This document shows positions 33,461 through 41,841 of a DNA stretch of 64,000 bases, one piece after another (within the stretch, counting starts at the first letter, position 1; each line of letters begins with the position of its first letter). Position numbers and translations under genes: made by a program. The notes under the pieces were generated by a model. It was not told where the DNA came from, searched no databases, and was given only the letters and a program-made list of their open reading frames with translations. Source of the DNA: an uncultured Acidobacteriota bacterium (GTDB taxonomy: Bacteria; Acidobacteriota; Thermoanaerobaculia; Multivoradales; UBA5704); contig CAVYRF010000002.1 of the NCBI GenBank assembly GCA_963770895.1, forward strand, positions 4,800,001-4,864,000, read 5' to 3'.

Positions 33461-34582
33461 TTGCGACCTGCATCCCCCAGCCCCAACCAGACCGCCAGAT
33501 CGGCGGACGCGGACGCCGCTGCCGACGCACCGACGTCGCCACCCCGCGGCGGCGCGCGCCGTCCGCCGCGGCTGGCGCCGCACCTGTGGACGATCGTGCC
33601 GCGCGTCCGCCACATGCTGCACCGCCGGCAGCCCCCACCCGCCACGCCCTGGCAGACCGCCGTCGCCGACCCGGTGGTGGGGTCGGTCCGTCTTTCCGGC
33701 TGGTTGCAGGCGGCGCCGGACGCCGCCGGCGCCGCCGACGGCGATGAAATCGTCGTGCTGGTCCACGGATTGGGTGGTTCGGCGCAAAGCCACTACATGA
33801 TCCGCGGCGCCCATGCCGCGGCGGCGGCGGGTTTGGCCTGCCTGCGCCTCAATCTGCGCGGCGCCGACCTGAGCGGCGAAGACCTGTACCACGCCGCCCT
33901 GACGGCCGACCTGCACGCCGCCCTGGCCAGCTCGGACCTGCGCCGGTACCGGCGGATCCACGTGCTCGGCTATTCGCTGGGCGGCCACGTCGCGCTGCGG
34001 TTCGCCGCCGAAGCCGCCGACCCGCGCGTCGTCCGCGTGGCGGCGATCTGTTCGCCGCTGGACCTGGGCCGCGCCCAGCAGGCCATCGACGGCCCGGCCG
34101 GGTGGCTGTATCGCCGCTACCTGACCGCCCACCTGGTGCGCCACTACGCCGCCATCGCCGCCCGCCGCCCCGTCCCCCTGCCGCTGGCCGCCGTCGCGCG
34201 CCTGCGCACGATCCGCGACTTCGACCAGCACATCGTCGCCCCCCGCTTCGCCTTTGCCGGCGCCGACGACTACTACGCCCGCGCCAGCGTCGGCCCCTGT
34301 CTGCCGCGGCTCCGCCTGCCCGCCCTGCTGGTCAACGCCGAGCACGACCCCATGGTCCCGGCCGCCGCCGTGCGCCCCGCCCTGGACCCGCCGCCGCCCC
34401 GCCTCACCGTTCGCTGGCTGCCGCAAGGCGGCCACGTCAGCTTTCCTGCCGCCGTCCACCTCGACCTCGAAGGCGACCGCAATCGCGATCGCGAGCGCGA
34501 CCTTCCCAAACCGCCGCCCAGCGCTCCCTCTCGCGCCGCCACCCTGGACGCCCAGGTCCTCGCCTGGCTGCGCCAGCCCTGA
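33461..34582 (+). CDS. YheT-like alpha/beta hydrolase
   Basis: HLWTI, VHGLGGS, GYSLGG, NAEHDPMV, GGHVSF; start uncertain. Confidence 0.85.
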   Translation: MRPASPSPNQTARSADADAAADAPTSPPRGGARRPPRLAPHLWTIVPRVRHMLHRRQPPPATPWQTAVADPVVGSVRLSGWLQAAPDAAGAADGDEIVVLVHGLGGSAQSHYMIRGAHAAAAAGLACLRLNLRGADLSGEDLYHAALTADLHAALASSDLRRYRRIHVLGYSLGGHVALRFAAEAADPRVVRVAAICSPLDLGRAQQAIDGPAGWLYRRYLTAHLVRHYAAIAARRPVPLPLAAVARLRTIRDFDQHIVAPRFAFAGADDYYARASVGPCLPRLRLPALLVNAEHDPMVPAAAVRPALDPPPPRLTVRWLPQGGHVSFPAAVHLDLEGDRNRDRERDLPKPPPSAPSRAATLDAQVLAWLRQP

Positions 34583-34907
34583 ACCGGCGCCGCGAACCTG
34601 AAGCGGCACGGTCAGCCCGCGGTGTCGGCAGGGGCACGGAGGACGCGCCGGGACTGCGCACGCGACCCGTCGATCTCGACCTGGATCCAGGACGCGGCGG
34701 CCGCCAGGGCAGCGGGCGGGGCGGGGTAGTGGACTGGTTTTCCCACGACCGATCTTGCAGTTGGTACCGACTTTGCTTCGCGGAACCCGTCAGGGCCGCT
34801 TGCCACAGGTGGCTGGCAGGGGCGCGAAACCTGCGGGGCGGGGCGGCCGTAAGGTGGCACATGCGGCGGCGGTTGGTGCGCCGGCCGGTCATTGCGAGGT
34901 CCAGGCC

Positions 34908-37370
34908 ATGGGGAGCATCCTGCAAGATCTGCGGTTCGGCAGTCGCTTGCTGTGGAAAGACAAGGGTTTCACGCTCACCACGCTGCTCACGCTGGTGGTC
35001 TGCATCGGCGCCAATGCCGCGATCCTGGCCGTCGTCCATTCGGTGCTGCTGCGGCCGCTGCCGTTTGCCGAGTCGGACCGGGTGGTCCTGGCTTACAACA
35101 GCTATCCGGGGGCGGGGGTGGAGCGGTCTGACAGCGGCGTGCCGGATTTTTACGATCGCCAGCGCGACGTCAGTGCGTTCGAACAGATCGCGATGTACCA
35201 GGAGCGCGGCATGACGCTGGGCGGCGAAGGGTCGGCCTCGCGGGTGGATGGCACCGGCGTCACGCCGTCGTTCTTTCCGCTGCTGCGCGCCCAGGCGCTG
35301 CGCGGGCGGGTGTTTCGCGCCGAGGACGGGGAGGTGGGCGGTGAGCACAAGGTGATCCTGAGCTACGCGCTGTGGCAGCGCCTGTTTGCCGGCAGCGACG
35401 CGGCGCTGGGCAAGGACCTGCGCATCAACGGCGTGCCCTATGCGATCGTCGGCGTCATGCCGGCGGATTTTCTGTTCCTCAAGGCCGACACGCAGCTGTG
35501 GATTCCGCTGGCATTTACCATCAAGGAGAAGGCCGACGAGTCACGCCACAGCAACAACTGGACGATGATCGCGCGGCTGCGGCCGGGCGCCAGCGTGCGG
35601 CAGGCGCAGGAACAGATCGATGCGCTCAACGCGCGCAACCTGGAGCGGTTCCCGGCGATGAAGCTGGCGCTGGTCCGCGCCCGTTTTCACAGCGTTGCCG
35701 TGCCGCTGCAGGAAGACGTGGTGAGCACGCTGCGGCCGGTGCTCTACCTGCTGTGGGCCGGCGTGGTGTGCGTGCTGCTGATCGGTTGCGTGAACATCAC
35801 CAACCTGGCGCTGGTGCGCGCCAGCGGCCGTCTCAAGGAGCTGGCCACCCGCAACTCGCTCGGCGCCAGCCACTACCGCATCGTGCGCCAGCTGCTGATC
35901 GAATCGGTCCTGGTCACCCTGCTGGGCGGCCTGGGCGGCGTGCTGCTGGGCGCGTGGGTTCTCGGGTTCCTCGCGCGCCTGAACATGGACGACCTGCCGC
36001 GCGCCAGCGAGATCCACATGGATGCGTTTGTGGTGGCGTGCATGCTGGGAGTGGCGCTGGTGATCGGCCTGGTCATCGCCGTCGTGCCGGTGCTCAAGCT
36101 GTGGCGGGCCAGCCTGGGCTCGCTGCTGCGCGACGAGGGGCGCGGCGGCACCAGCGGCCAGGGGGCGCGGCGCACGCGGCGCGCGCTGGTCACGGCGCAG
36201 TTTGCGTTCGCCTTCATCCTGCTGGTCTGCGCGGGGCTCCTGGTGGTCAGCTTTCAGCAGGTGCTGGCCGTGCGTCCCGGCTTCGAGCCGGACGGCGTGC
36301 TCACGGCGATGATCAGCCTGCCGATGGCCCAATACAAGTCCGACGCGGAGATGCTGGGCTTCGTCCGGCGCGTGCTGGAGGCGACGCGGCGGCTGCCGGG
36401 GGTGCAGTCGGCCGGCATCACCACCTCGATCCCGTTTGGCGGCGACTACAGCGACAACGTCATCTTTCCGGAAGGCTATGTCGCCGACAAAGGCGAGGTG
36501 ATTTCGCCGAGCGAGCTGCGGGTCAGCGAAGGCTATCTCGAAACCATGCGCACCCGGCTGGTGAGCGGCCGGCTGTTCAACGCCGGCGACACCGCCCAGG
36601 CGCCCAAGGTCGTCCTGGTCGACACCCGGCTGGCACACAAGTTCTGGCCGAACCTGGACCCGATCGGGCGGCGGATCTTCCGGCCCCAGGACGCACAGCA
36701 CCTGGCGGCAGGCCCCAAGACGGAGTACTCCACGGTGGTGGGGGTGGTGGACACGGTGAAGCTGCGCGGCCTGGTCGAAGGGGACGCGCGCTTCGGCTCC
36801 TACTACGTCCCCTTTGCCCAGGGGCCGCAGCACTTCTGGACGCTGGCGGTGCGGTCGACGAGCGACCCCCGCCTGCTCACCTCGACGATCCGCGGCGTCG
36901 TGGCGGGGATCGATCCGGGCCTGCCCCTGTTCGGCATCCGAACGATGAACCAGCGCACCGCGTCGGCGCTCATCGGCCGGCGCGTGCCCATGCTGCTGGC
37001 GCTGGGCTTTGCCGCGGTGGCGCTGTTCCTGTCCGCGGTCGGCGTCTACGGCGTGCTGGCCTACCAGGTGGCGCAGCGCACGCGCGAGATCGGCATTCGC
37101 ATGGCGCTCGGCGGCACGGCGGCAACCATTTCACGCCTGGTGCTGGGTGAAAGCGTGCGCATGCTGGCGGTGGGTCTGGGCATCGGCCTGGTGGGCGCTT
37201 TTGTCGCCAGCCACGCGATGAGCACTCTGCTCTATGGGGTGCAACCCATGGATCCGCTGGTCCTGGTCACCGTGGCGATGGCCCTTGCGGGTGTCGCCCT
37301 GGTCGCCGCGGCCGTGCCCGCCCGCCGTGCGCAGCGGATCGATCCGGCCGTCGCCCTGGCGGCCCAGTAG
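34908..37370 (+). CDS. ADOP-type duplicated orphan ABC permease (MacB/FtsX x2)
   Basis: MGSILQDLRFGSRLL...VLLRPLPF, VLLIGCVNITNL, QRTREIGIRMALG, PARRAQRIDPAVAL; no adjacent ATPase. Confidence 0.93.
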   Translation: MGSILQDLRFGSRLLWKDKGFTLTTLLTLVVCIGANAAILAVVHSVLLRPLPFAESDRVVLAYNSYPGAGVERSDSGVPDFYDRQRDVSAFEQIAMYQERGMTLGGEGSASRVDGTGVTPSFFPLLRAQALRGRVFRAEDGEVGGEHKVILSYALWQRLFAGSDAALGKDLRINGVPYAIVGVMPADFLFLKADTQLWIPLAFTIKEKADESRHSNNWTMIARLRPGASVRQAQEQIDALNARNLERFPAMKLALVRARFHSVAVPLQEDVVSTLRPVLYLLWAGVVCVLLIGCVNITNLALVRASGRLKELATRNSLGASHYRIVRQLLIESVLVTLLGGLGGVLLGAWVLGFLARLNMDDLPRASEIHMDAFVVACMLGVALVIGLVIAVVPVLKLWRASLGSLLRDEGRGGTSGQGARRTRRALVTAQFAFAFILLVCAGLLVVSFQQVLAVRPGFEPDGVLTAMISLPMAQYKSDAEMLGFVRRVLEATRRLPGVQSAGITTSIPFGGDYSDNVIFPEGYVADKGEVISPSELRVSEGYLETMRTRLVSGRLFNAGDTAQAPKVVLVDTRLAHKFWPNLDPIGRRIFRPQDAQHLAAGPKTEYSTVVGVVDTVKLRGLVEGDARFGSYYVPFAQGPQHFWTLAVRSTSDPRLLTSTIRGVVAGIDPGLPLFGIRTMNQRTASALIGRRVPMLLALGFAAVALFLSAVGVYGVLAYQVAQRTREIGIRMALGGTAATISRLVLGESVRMLAVGLGIGLVGAFVASHAMSTLLYGVQPMDPLVLVTVAMALAGVALVAAAVPARRAQRIDPAVALAAQ

Positions 37371-37485
37371 GACGGGCAGGGCGCGGAACGCGCGCCCCTG
37401 CCGCGTGCGCGGCTGGGGCGGTGTCCGCGGGATCGTGGGGAGCGCTTGCCGGGCTTGCCGCCGGCGGTGCGGGCGGCCAGCAGAG

Positions 37486-37695
37486 TCAGGCAAGACCGGC
37501 TTGGGCCTGCCACACGCAGCCGGCGTAGCAGGTGTTGAAATAGCAGCTCTGCAGGCACGAATCGCCCGCCTGGCTGATGGGACTGACACCACCCTGCGCG
37601 ATGCCGCCGGCGAGGGCGGGGGTCTGCATCTGCGCATCGCTCAGCCGCTGCAGCGTCTCTTTTCCCAACCGCAACGTCCGCGTGTGCTTCTTCAT
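37486..37695 (-). CDS. RiPP precursor 1 (class I lanthipeptide-like, 69 aa)
   Basis: GAAGGAG RBS; MKKHTRTLRLGKETLQRL (LxLxKx5L) ... AGG, core ...SQAGDSCLQSCYFNTCYAGC. Confidence 0.8.
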   Translation of the reverse strand: MKKHTRTLRLGKETLQRLSDAQMQTPALAGGIAQGGVSPISQAGDSCLQSCYFNTCYAGCVWQAQAGLA

Positions 37696-38011
37696 GACGG
37701 CTCCTTCTCTGCCGGATCGAACCGGCGACACCTGCGTGATGATCGATTGCTTCGACGTGGCAACCTGGCCGCCGAGGCGGTACCTGTCAACCATAAGAGG
37801 TGCCGTGGGCGCACGCACCGGGGCCGCCCGGCCCCGGTGCGGCGCGCCGCCCGCGGCGCCGAGCGGCCGCGCGGCGTCCAGCCCTCGGACGCCGGCGCAC
37901 CGGCGACCGCGGGCGCCCGCCACGACCGGTCACCGCCTTGTGCTGTGCTAGCGTTGCGCCGGTGGCCGCGTGGAATGTCGCTGCCATGCTGCTCAAGGTG
38001 AGGAGGCGGCC

Positions 38012-38407
38012 ATGACCGCAGGAACCGGCGAAGGCATCGTCAGCAAGCCCAGCAGTCATTCGGTCGAGGAGACGGTGGCGCGGCTGACGGGCCTGCTGCA
38101 AGCCAAGGGCGTGACGCTGTTTGCCCTGGTGGATCACAGTGGGGAAGCCGCCAAGGTCGGGATGAGCATGCCTCCCACCAAGCTGCTGATTTTTGGCAGC
38201 CCCAAGGCCGGTACGCCGCTGATGCTGGCGGCGCCCAGCGCGGCCCTCGATCTGCCGCTCAAGATCCTGGTCTGGCAGGACGCCGGAGCCAAGGTCTGGG
38301 TCACCTACAACAGTCCCGCCTACCTCCAGCAGCGCCACGGTCTGCCCGCCGAGCTGCTGGCGAATATCGCCGTCGTCGAAGCGCTGGCCGCCAAGGCCGC
38401 GGAATAG
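38012..38407 (+). CDS. DUF302 domain protein
   Basis: LFALVDHSGEA, LLIFGSPKAGTPLM, ALDLPLKILVW. Confidence 0.9.
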   Translation: MTAGTGEGIVSKPSSHSVEETVARLTGLLQAKGVTLFALVDHSGEAAKVGMSMPPTKLLIFGSPKAGTPLMLAAPSAALDLPLKILVWQDAGAKVWVTYNSPAYLQQRHGLPAELLANIAVVEALAAKAAE

Positions 38408-38429
38408 GCAGAGAGGAAGAGCGATCGCC

Positions 38430-39293
38430 ATGGCTCACCACGAGTTTGACGCTGCCGAGTACAAGGCCGACCAGCGCCGGGCGTGGGACACCGCGGCCGC
38501 CGGTTGGCGACGCTGGTGGCAGGCGATCGAGCGCGGCTTGCAGCCGGTCTGCGACCGGATGCTCGACCTGGCGCAGGTGGCTCCGGGCGAGCGCGTGCTG
38601 GACGTCGCGACCGGCATCGGCGAGCCGGCGCTGAGCGCCGCGGCCCGCGTCGGCCCCACCGGTCATGTCGTGGCGACCGACCTGGCTCCCGCGATGCTGG
38701 CGATCGCCGCCGAACGGGCGCGCCAGGCGGGCGCCGGCAACGTGGAATTCATCCAAGCCGATGCCGAGGCGCTGGAGCTGGCACCCGCCAGCTTTGACGC
38801 GGTCCTGTGCCGCTTCGGCCTGATGTTCCTGCCCGATCCCGGCCGCAGCCTGGCCCGCATGCGAACCCTGCTCAAGGACGACGGCAGGATCGCCGTCGCG
38901 GTGTGGGGGCCGGCGGCCCAGGTGCCGATGATCGCCATGCCGCTGGCGGTGATCCGGCGCGAGCTGGAGCTGCCGCCGCCGCCCGCGGGGGTGCCCGGTG
39001 CGCTGAGCCTGTGCGACGTCCCCGCGCTGGAGCTCCTGGCGCGCGATGCCGGTCTGTCCGCGGTGGCGACCGAAACCGTCGAGACCGTGACGCACCTGCC
39101 TTCGCCGGACGCCTTTGTGCGCTTCCGTCAAGACATCGCCGCGCAGGTCCAGGAGCTGCTGGCGGGACAGAGCCCCGATCGCCAGCAGCGCGCCTGGCAG
39201 GCCGTCGCCCAAGCTGCCGCGGCCGACTACGGGCAGCCCGACGGCAGCATCCTCATGCGCAACCAGGCGATCGTGCTGACCGCCGCGGCGTAG
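38430..39293 (+). CDS. class I SAM-dependent methyltransferase (UbiE-like)
   Basis: VLDVATGIG, ATDLAPAML, FDAVLCRFGLMF. Confidence 0.9.
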   Translation: MAHHEFDAAEYKADQRRAWDTAAAGWRRWWQAIERGLQPVCDRMLDLAQVAPGERVLDVATGIGEPALSAAARVGPTGHVVATDLAPAMLAIAAERARQAGAGNVEFIQADAEALELAPASFDAVLCRFGLMFLPDPGRSLARMRTLLKDDGRIAVAVWGPAAQVPMIAMPLAVIRRELELPPPPAGVPGALSLCDVPALELLARDAGLSAVATETVETVTHLPSPDAFVRFRQDIAAQVQELLAGQSPDRQQRAWQAVAQAAAADYGQPDGSILMRNQAIVLTAAA

Positions 39294-39378
39294 ACCGCGG
39301 TGGCACAGCGAGCGGCCGGCGGCAGGGCGAGGGCGTCCGGCGCCGGCCGCGGCTCGCCAAACCGGCACCGGCCGCGGC

Positions 39379-39528
39379 TCAAGGGCAGGTGTCGGTGCAG
39401 GTGTGGGTGCAGACCTTGGCGTTGGAGCAGATCGCTCCCTCGGTCACCAGGCCGGCGACCACCTGCTGGAGTGTCATCCGGTGCAGCGTCTCGCGGCTGA
39501 GGTTGAGTTTTTTCGATTTCGGCTTCAT
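39379..39528 (-). CDS. RiPP precursor 2 (class I lanthipeptide-like, 49 aa; not in ORF track)
   Basis: AAAGGAG RBS; manual translation MKPKSKKLNLSRETLHRMTLQQVVAGLVTEGAICSNAKVCTHTCTDTCP; paralog of precursor 3. Confidence 0.88.
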   Translation of the reverse strand: MKPKSKKLNLSRETLHRMTLQQVVAGLVTEGAICSNAKVCTHTCTDTCP

Positions 39529-39753
39529 AAGAGCTCCTTTTCGATCGAACTCACCGAATATACCGTTGCGCGATCGCCATCGTCCATCGCCGGAGGGGGG
39601 CCGCCATCACGGGCACGCGTGGCGGCCGGTACGCAGGCGCGGGGGTCTTGCATAGGCCTGATCGGTGGCATGGGCCGCGGCGGGCGGCGGGCGCCCGGAT
39701 GGGCTTGGTAGCGAGCCCGCCCGACTGCCCTGCCGCCCGCTCTGGCTGGTGCT

Positions 39754-39915
39754 TTACGGGTTGCCGGTGCCGCAGGTGACGGTGCAATCCTCGGTGCACA
39801 CCTTGGCGTTGGAACAGATGAGGTTGTTGGTGACGGCGCCGGCGGCCACCTGCTTGAGCGTCATCCGATGCAACGTCTCGCGGTTGAGGTTGAGCTTTTT
39901 CGATTTCGGCTTCAT
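39754..39915 (-). CDS. RiPP precursor 3 (class I lanthipeptide-like, 53 aa)
   Basis: AAAGGAG RBS; MKPKSKKLNLNRETLHRMTLKQVAAGAVTNNLICSNAKVCTEDCTVTCGTGNP. Confidence 0.88.
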   Translation of the reverse strand: MKPKSKKLNLNRETLHRMTLKQVAAGAVTNNLICSNAKVCTEDCTVTCGTGNP

Positions 39916-40032
39916 TAAACTCTCCTTTCGGTCAAACAAACAAACTGGGTATACGGTTGTAAGCCGCAAGCTGTCTAACGCTGTAATGACAGCAGAAGTA
40001 GTGTGCGCCGCTAAGGTAGGTGCTCAGAGACA

Positions 40033-40056
40033 ATTGACGGGTACCATTGACGGGTA
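40033..40056. repeat. 11-bp direct repeat ATTGACGGGTA x2 in low-GC divergent intergenic region
   Basis: copies at 40033-40043 and 40046-40056. Confidence 0.6.
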
Positions 40057-40198
40057 TGTGATTGCCCCGTTTGAGGGATTGGGGACCGTCTGAGATGTCG
40101 GCCCACCACCGCCGGCAGGCGCGCCGGGCCGTAGTTGCCGCGGCGGTGCATCCCCGGCAGAATGGGCCGGCGGCGCGCGGGGGAGGGGCGCCAGGACG

Positions 40199-41788
40199 AT
40201 GGCGGGATCGCAGACGTTGTGGCGTCCGTTGCAGGTGCCGGTGTTTCGCCGGCTGCTGGCGGCGAACGTGGTGTCGGACGTCGGCGCGTTCATGCAGAGC
40301 GTCGGCGCGGCGTGGCTCATGGTGTCGTTCGGCGCCGGACCGCTGGCGGTGGCGCTGACGCAGACGGCGTCGTCGCTGCCGTTCTTTCTGCTGGCGCTGC
40401 CGGCGGGGGTGATCGGCGACCTGGTGGATCGCCGCAAGCTCATCCTGGCGACCGAAACCTGGATGGCCGGGTGCGCGCTGCTGCTCGCGGTGCTGACCCT
40501 GGCGGGGCGGGTATCGCCGTGGATCCTGCTGGGATTCACCTTTGCGATCTCGGCGGGCGACGCGATCGAATCGCCCAGCTGGCGCGCCGTTCTGCCCGAC
40601 CTGGTGCCGGCGGCGGACCTGCCCGCCGCTTCGGCGCTCAACGGCATCGAATTCAACCTGGCGCGCGCGGTGGGGCCGGGAGCGGCCGGCGCCCTGATCG
40701 CCGTGGCCGGCGTCGGCGCGGCGTTCGCCGTCAACGCGGTATCGTTCGCCGGCGTGATCCTGGTCATCGCGCGGTGGCGCCACCGGCCGGCGCCGCGCAC
40801 GACGCCCAGGGAGCACCTGCGGGGAGCGACGGTCGCGGCCCTGCGCTACGTCCACTATTCGCCCCAGATCCGCGGTCTCATCCTGCGCGCCGGCGCGGTG
40901 ATGTTCGGCGCCGGCGCGATCCTGGCGCTGCTGCCGACGATCGCCCACCGCGAGAGCCACAGCCCGCTCGGCTATGGGCTGCTCGTCGGCTGCTTTGGCG
41001 CCGGCGCGATCGCCGGCGCGCTGCTGATGCAGCCCGCCCGCTCCCGCTGGTCCACCGAGACGTTGACCTCGGGCGCCGTCGTCGGGCTGGGCGCGGCCAT
41101 GGTGGCGATCGCCTTCGCCCGCGGCCTGCCGGCACTGGCGGCGCTGCTGCTGGGCGCCGGCGCCTGCTGGATCGTCTTCATCTCGCAGGTCTCCGCGGCG
41201 GTGCAGGTCCTGGTGCCCGACTGGGTGCGCGCCCGCGCGCTCGCCATCTACCTGCTGGTCTTCCAGGGCGCCATGGCGGCCGGCACCGCGCTGTGGGGAG
41301 AGATCAGCGAAAAGGTGAGCGTGGACGCGGCGCTGGCCTCCGCGGGCCTGGTCACCCTGGTTTCCGCGGCGCTGGGCGCGGTCTGGCGGGTGCCGGACGG
41401 CCCCGGCGACGTCAGGCCCTGGGAGCACTGGCCGGCGCCGGCGCGTGCCACCGGCACCCTGCCCCTGCCGGCCCTCTCCGGCGGCCCGGTGCTGGTGACG
41501 ATCGACTACACCGTCGACCCGGAGAACGCCGCGGCGTTCGTCGCCGCGATGCACGCCTTCGAGCGCATCCGCCGCCGCGACGGCGCCGAGCAATGGGGGA
41601 TCTTCCAGGACAACGAGGCCCCCGGCCGCTTCGTCGAAACCTTCCTGGTCGACACCTGGGACGAGCACCTGCGCCAGCACACCCGCCTGACCCAGGCCGA
41701 CCGCGACGTCGCCGCCCGCGTCCAGGAGCTGACCCGCGGCACCCCGCTGGTGCGCCACCTGCTCTACGCCCCGCAGCCGGAATCGTAA
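40199..41788 (+). CDS. MFS transporter (DUF894/MFS_3 type with C-terminal soluble domain)
   Basis: 12 TM pattern, GDLVDRRKL, FNLARAVGP, C-terminal RIRRRDGAEQW...FVETF...WDEHLRQH. Confidence 0.9.
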   Translation: MAGSQTLWRPLQVPVFRRLLAANVVSDVGAFMQSVGAAWLMVSFGAGPLAVALTQTASSLPFFLLALPAGVIGDLVDRRKLILATETWMAGCALLLAVLTLAGRVSPWILLGFTFAISAGDAIESPSWRAVLPDLVPAADLPAASALNGIEFNLARAVGPGAAGALIAVAGVGAAFAVNAVSFAGVILVIARWRHRPAPRTTPREHLRGATVAALRYVHYSPQIRGLILRAGAVMFGAGAILALLPTIAHRESHSPLGYGLLVGCFGAGAIAGALLMQPARSRWSTETLTSGAVVGLGAAMVAIAFARGLPALAALLLGAGACWIVFISQVSAAVQVLVPDWVRARALAIYLLVFQGAMAAGTALWGEISEKVSVDAALASAGLVTLVSAALGAVWRVPDGPGDVRPWEHWPAPARATGTLPLPALSGGPVLVTIDYTVDPENAAAFVAAMHAFERIRRRDGAEQWGIFQDNEAPGRFVETFLVDTWDEHLRQHTRLTQADRDVAARVQELTRGTPLVRHLLYAPQPES

Positions 41789-41841
41789 GCGCCCGCCGGC
41801 CTGGCGAAGCCGGCACAGCGTGTGCAGCGGGTTGATGCGCC

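Noticed and set aside
34612-34860. 82-aa minus-strand ORF in the hydrolase-ADOP gap
   Set aside because: No RBS or motif and no precursor-like leader; probably non-coding
37375-37402. GC hairpin after ADOP as an intrinsic terminator
   Set aside because: Bulged stem with no U-tract on either strand; such hairpins are common at this GC content
38430-39293. Methyltransferase as a dedicated lanthipeptide tailoring enzyme (PIMT-like aspartimide former)
   Set aside because: Looks like a generic UbiE-like enzyme on the opposite strand with DUF302; no PIMT motifs recognised, so the link is unsupported
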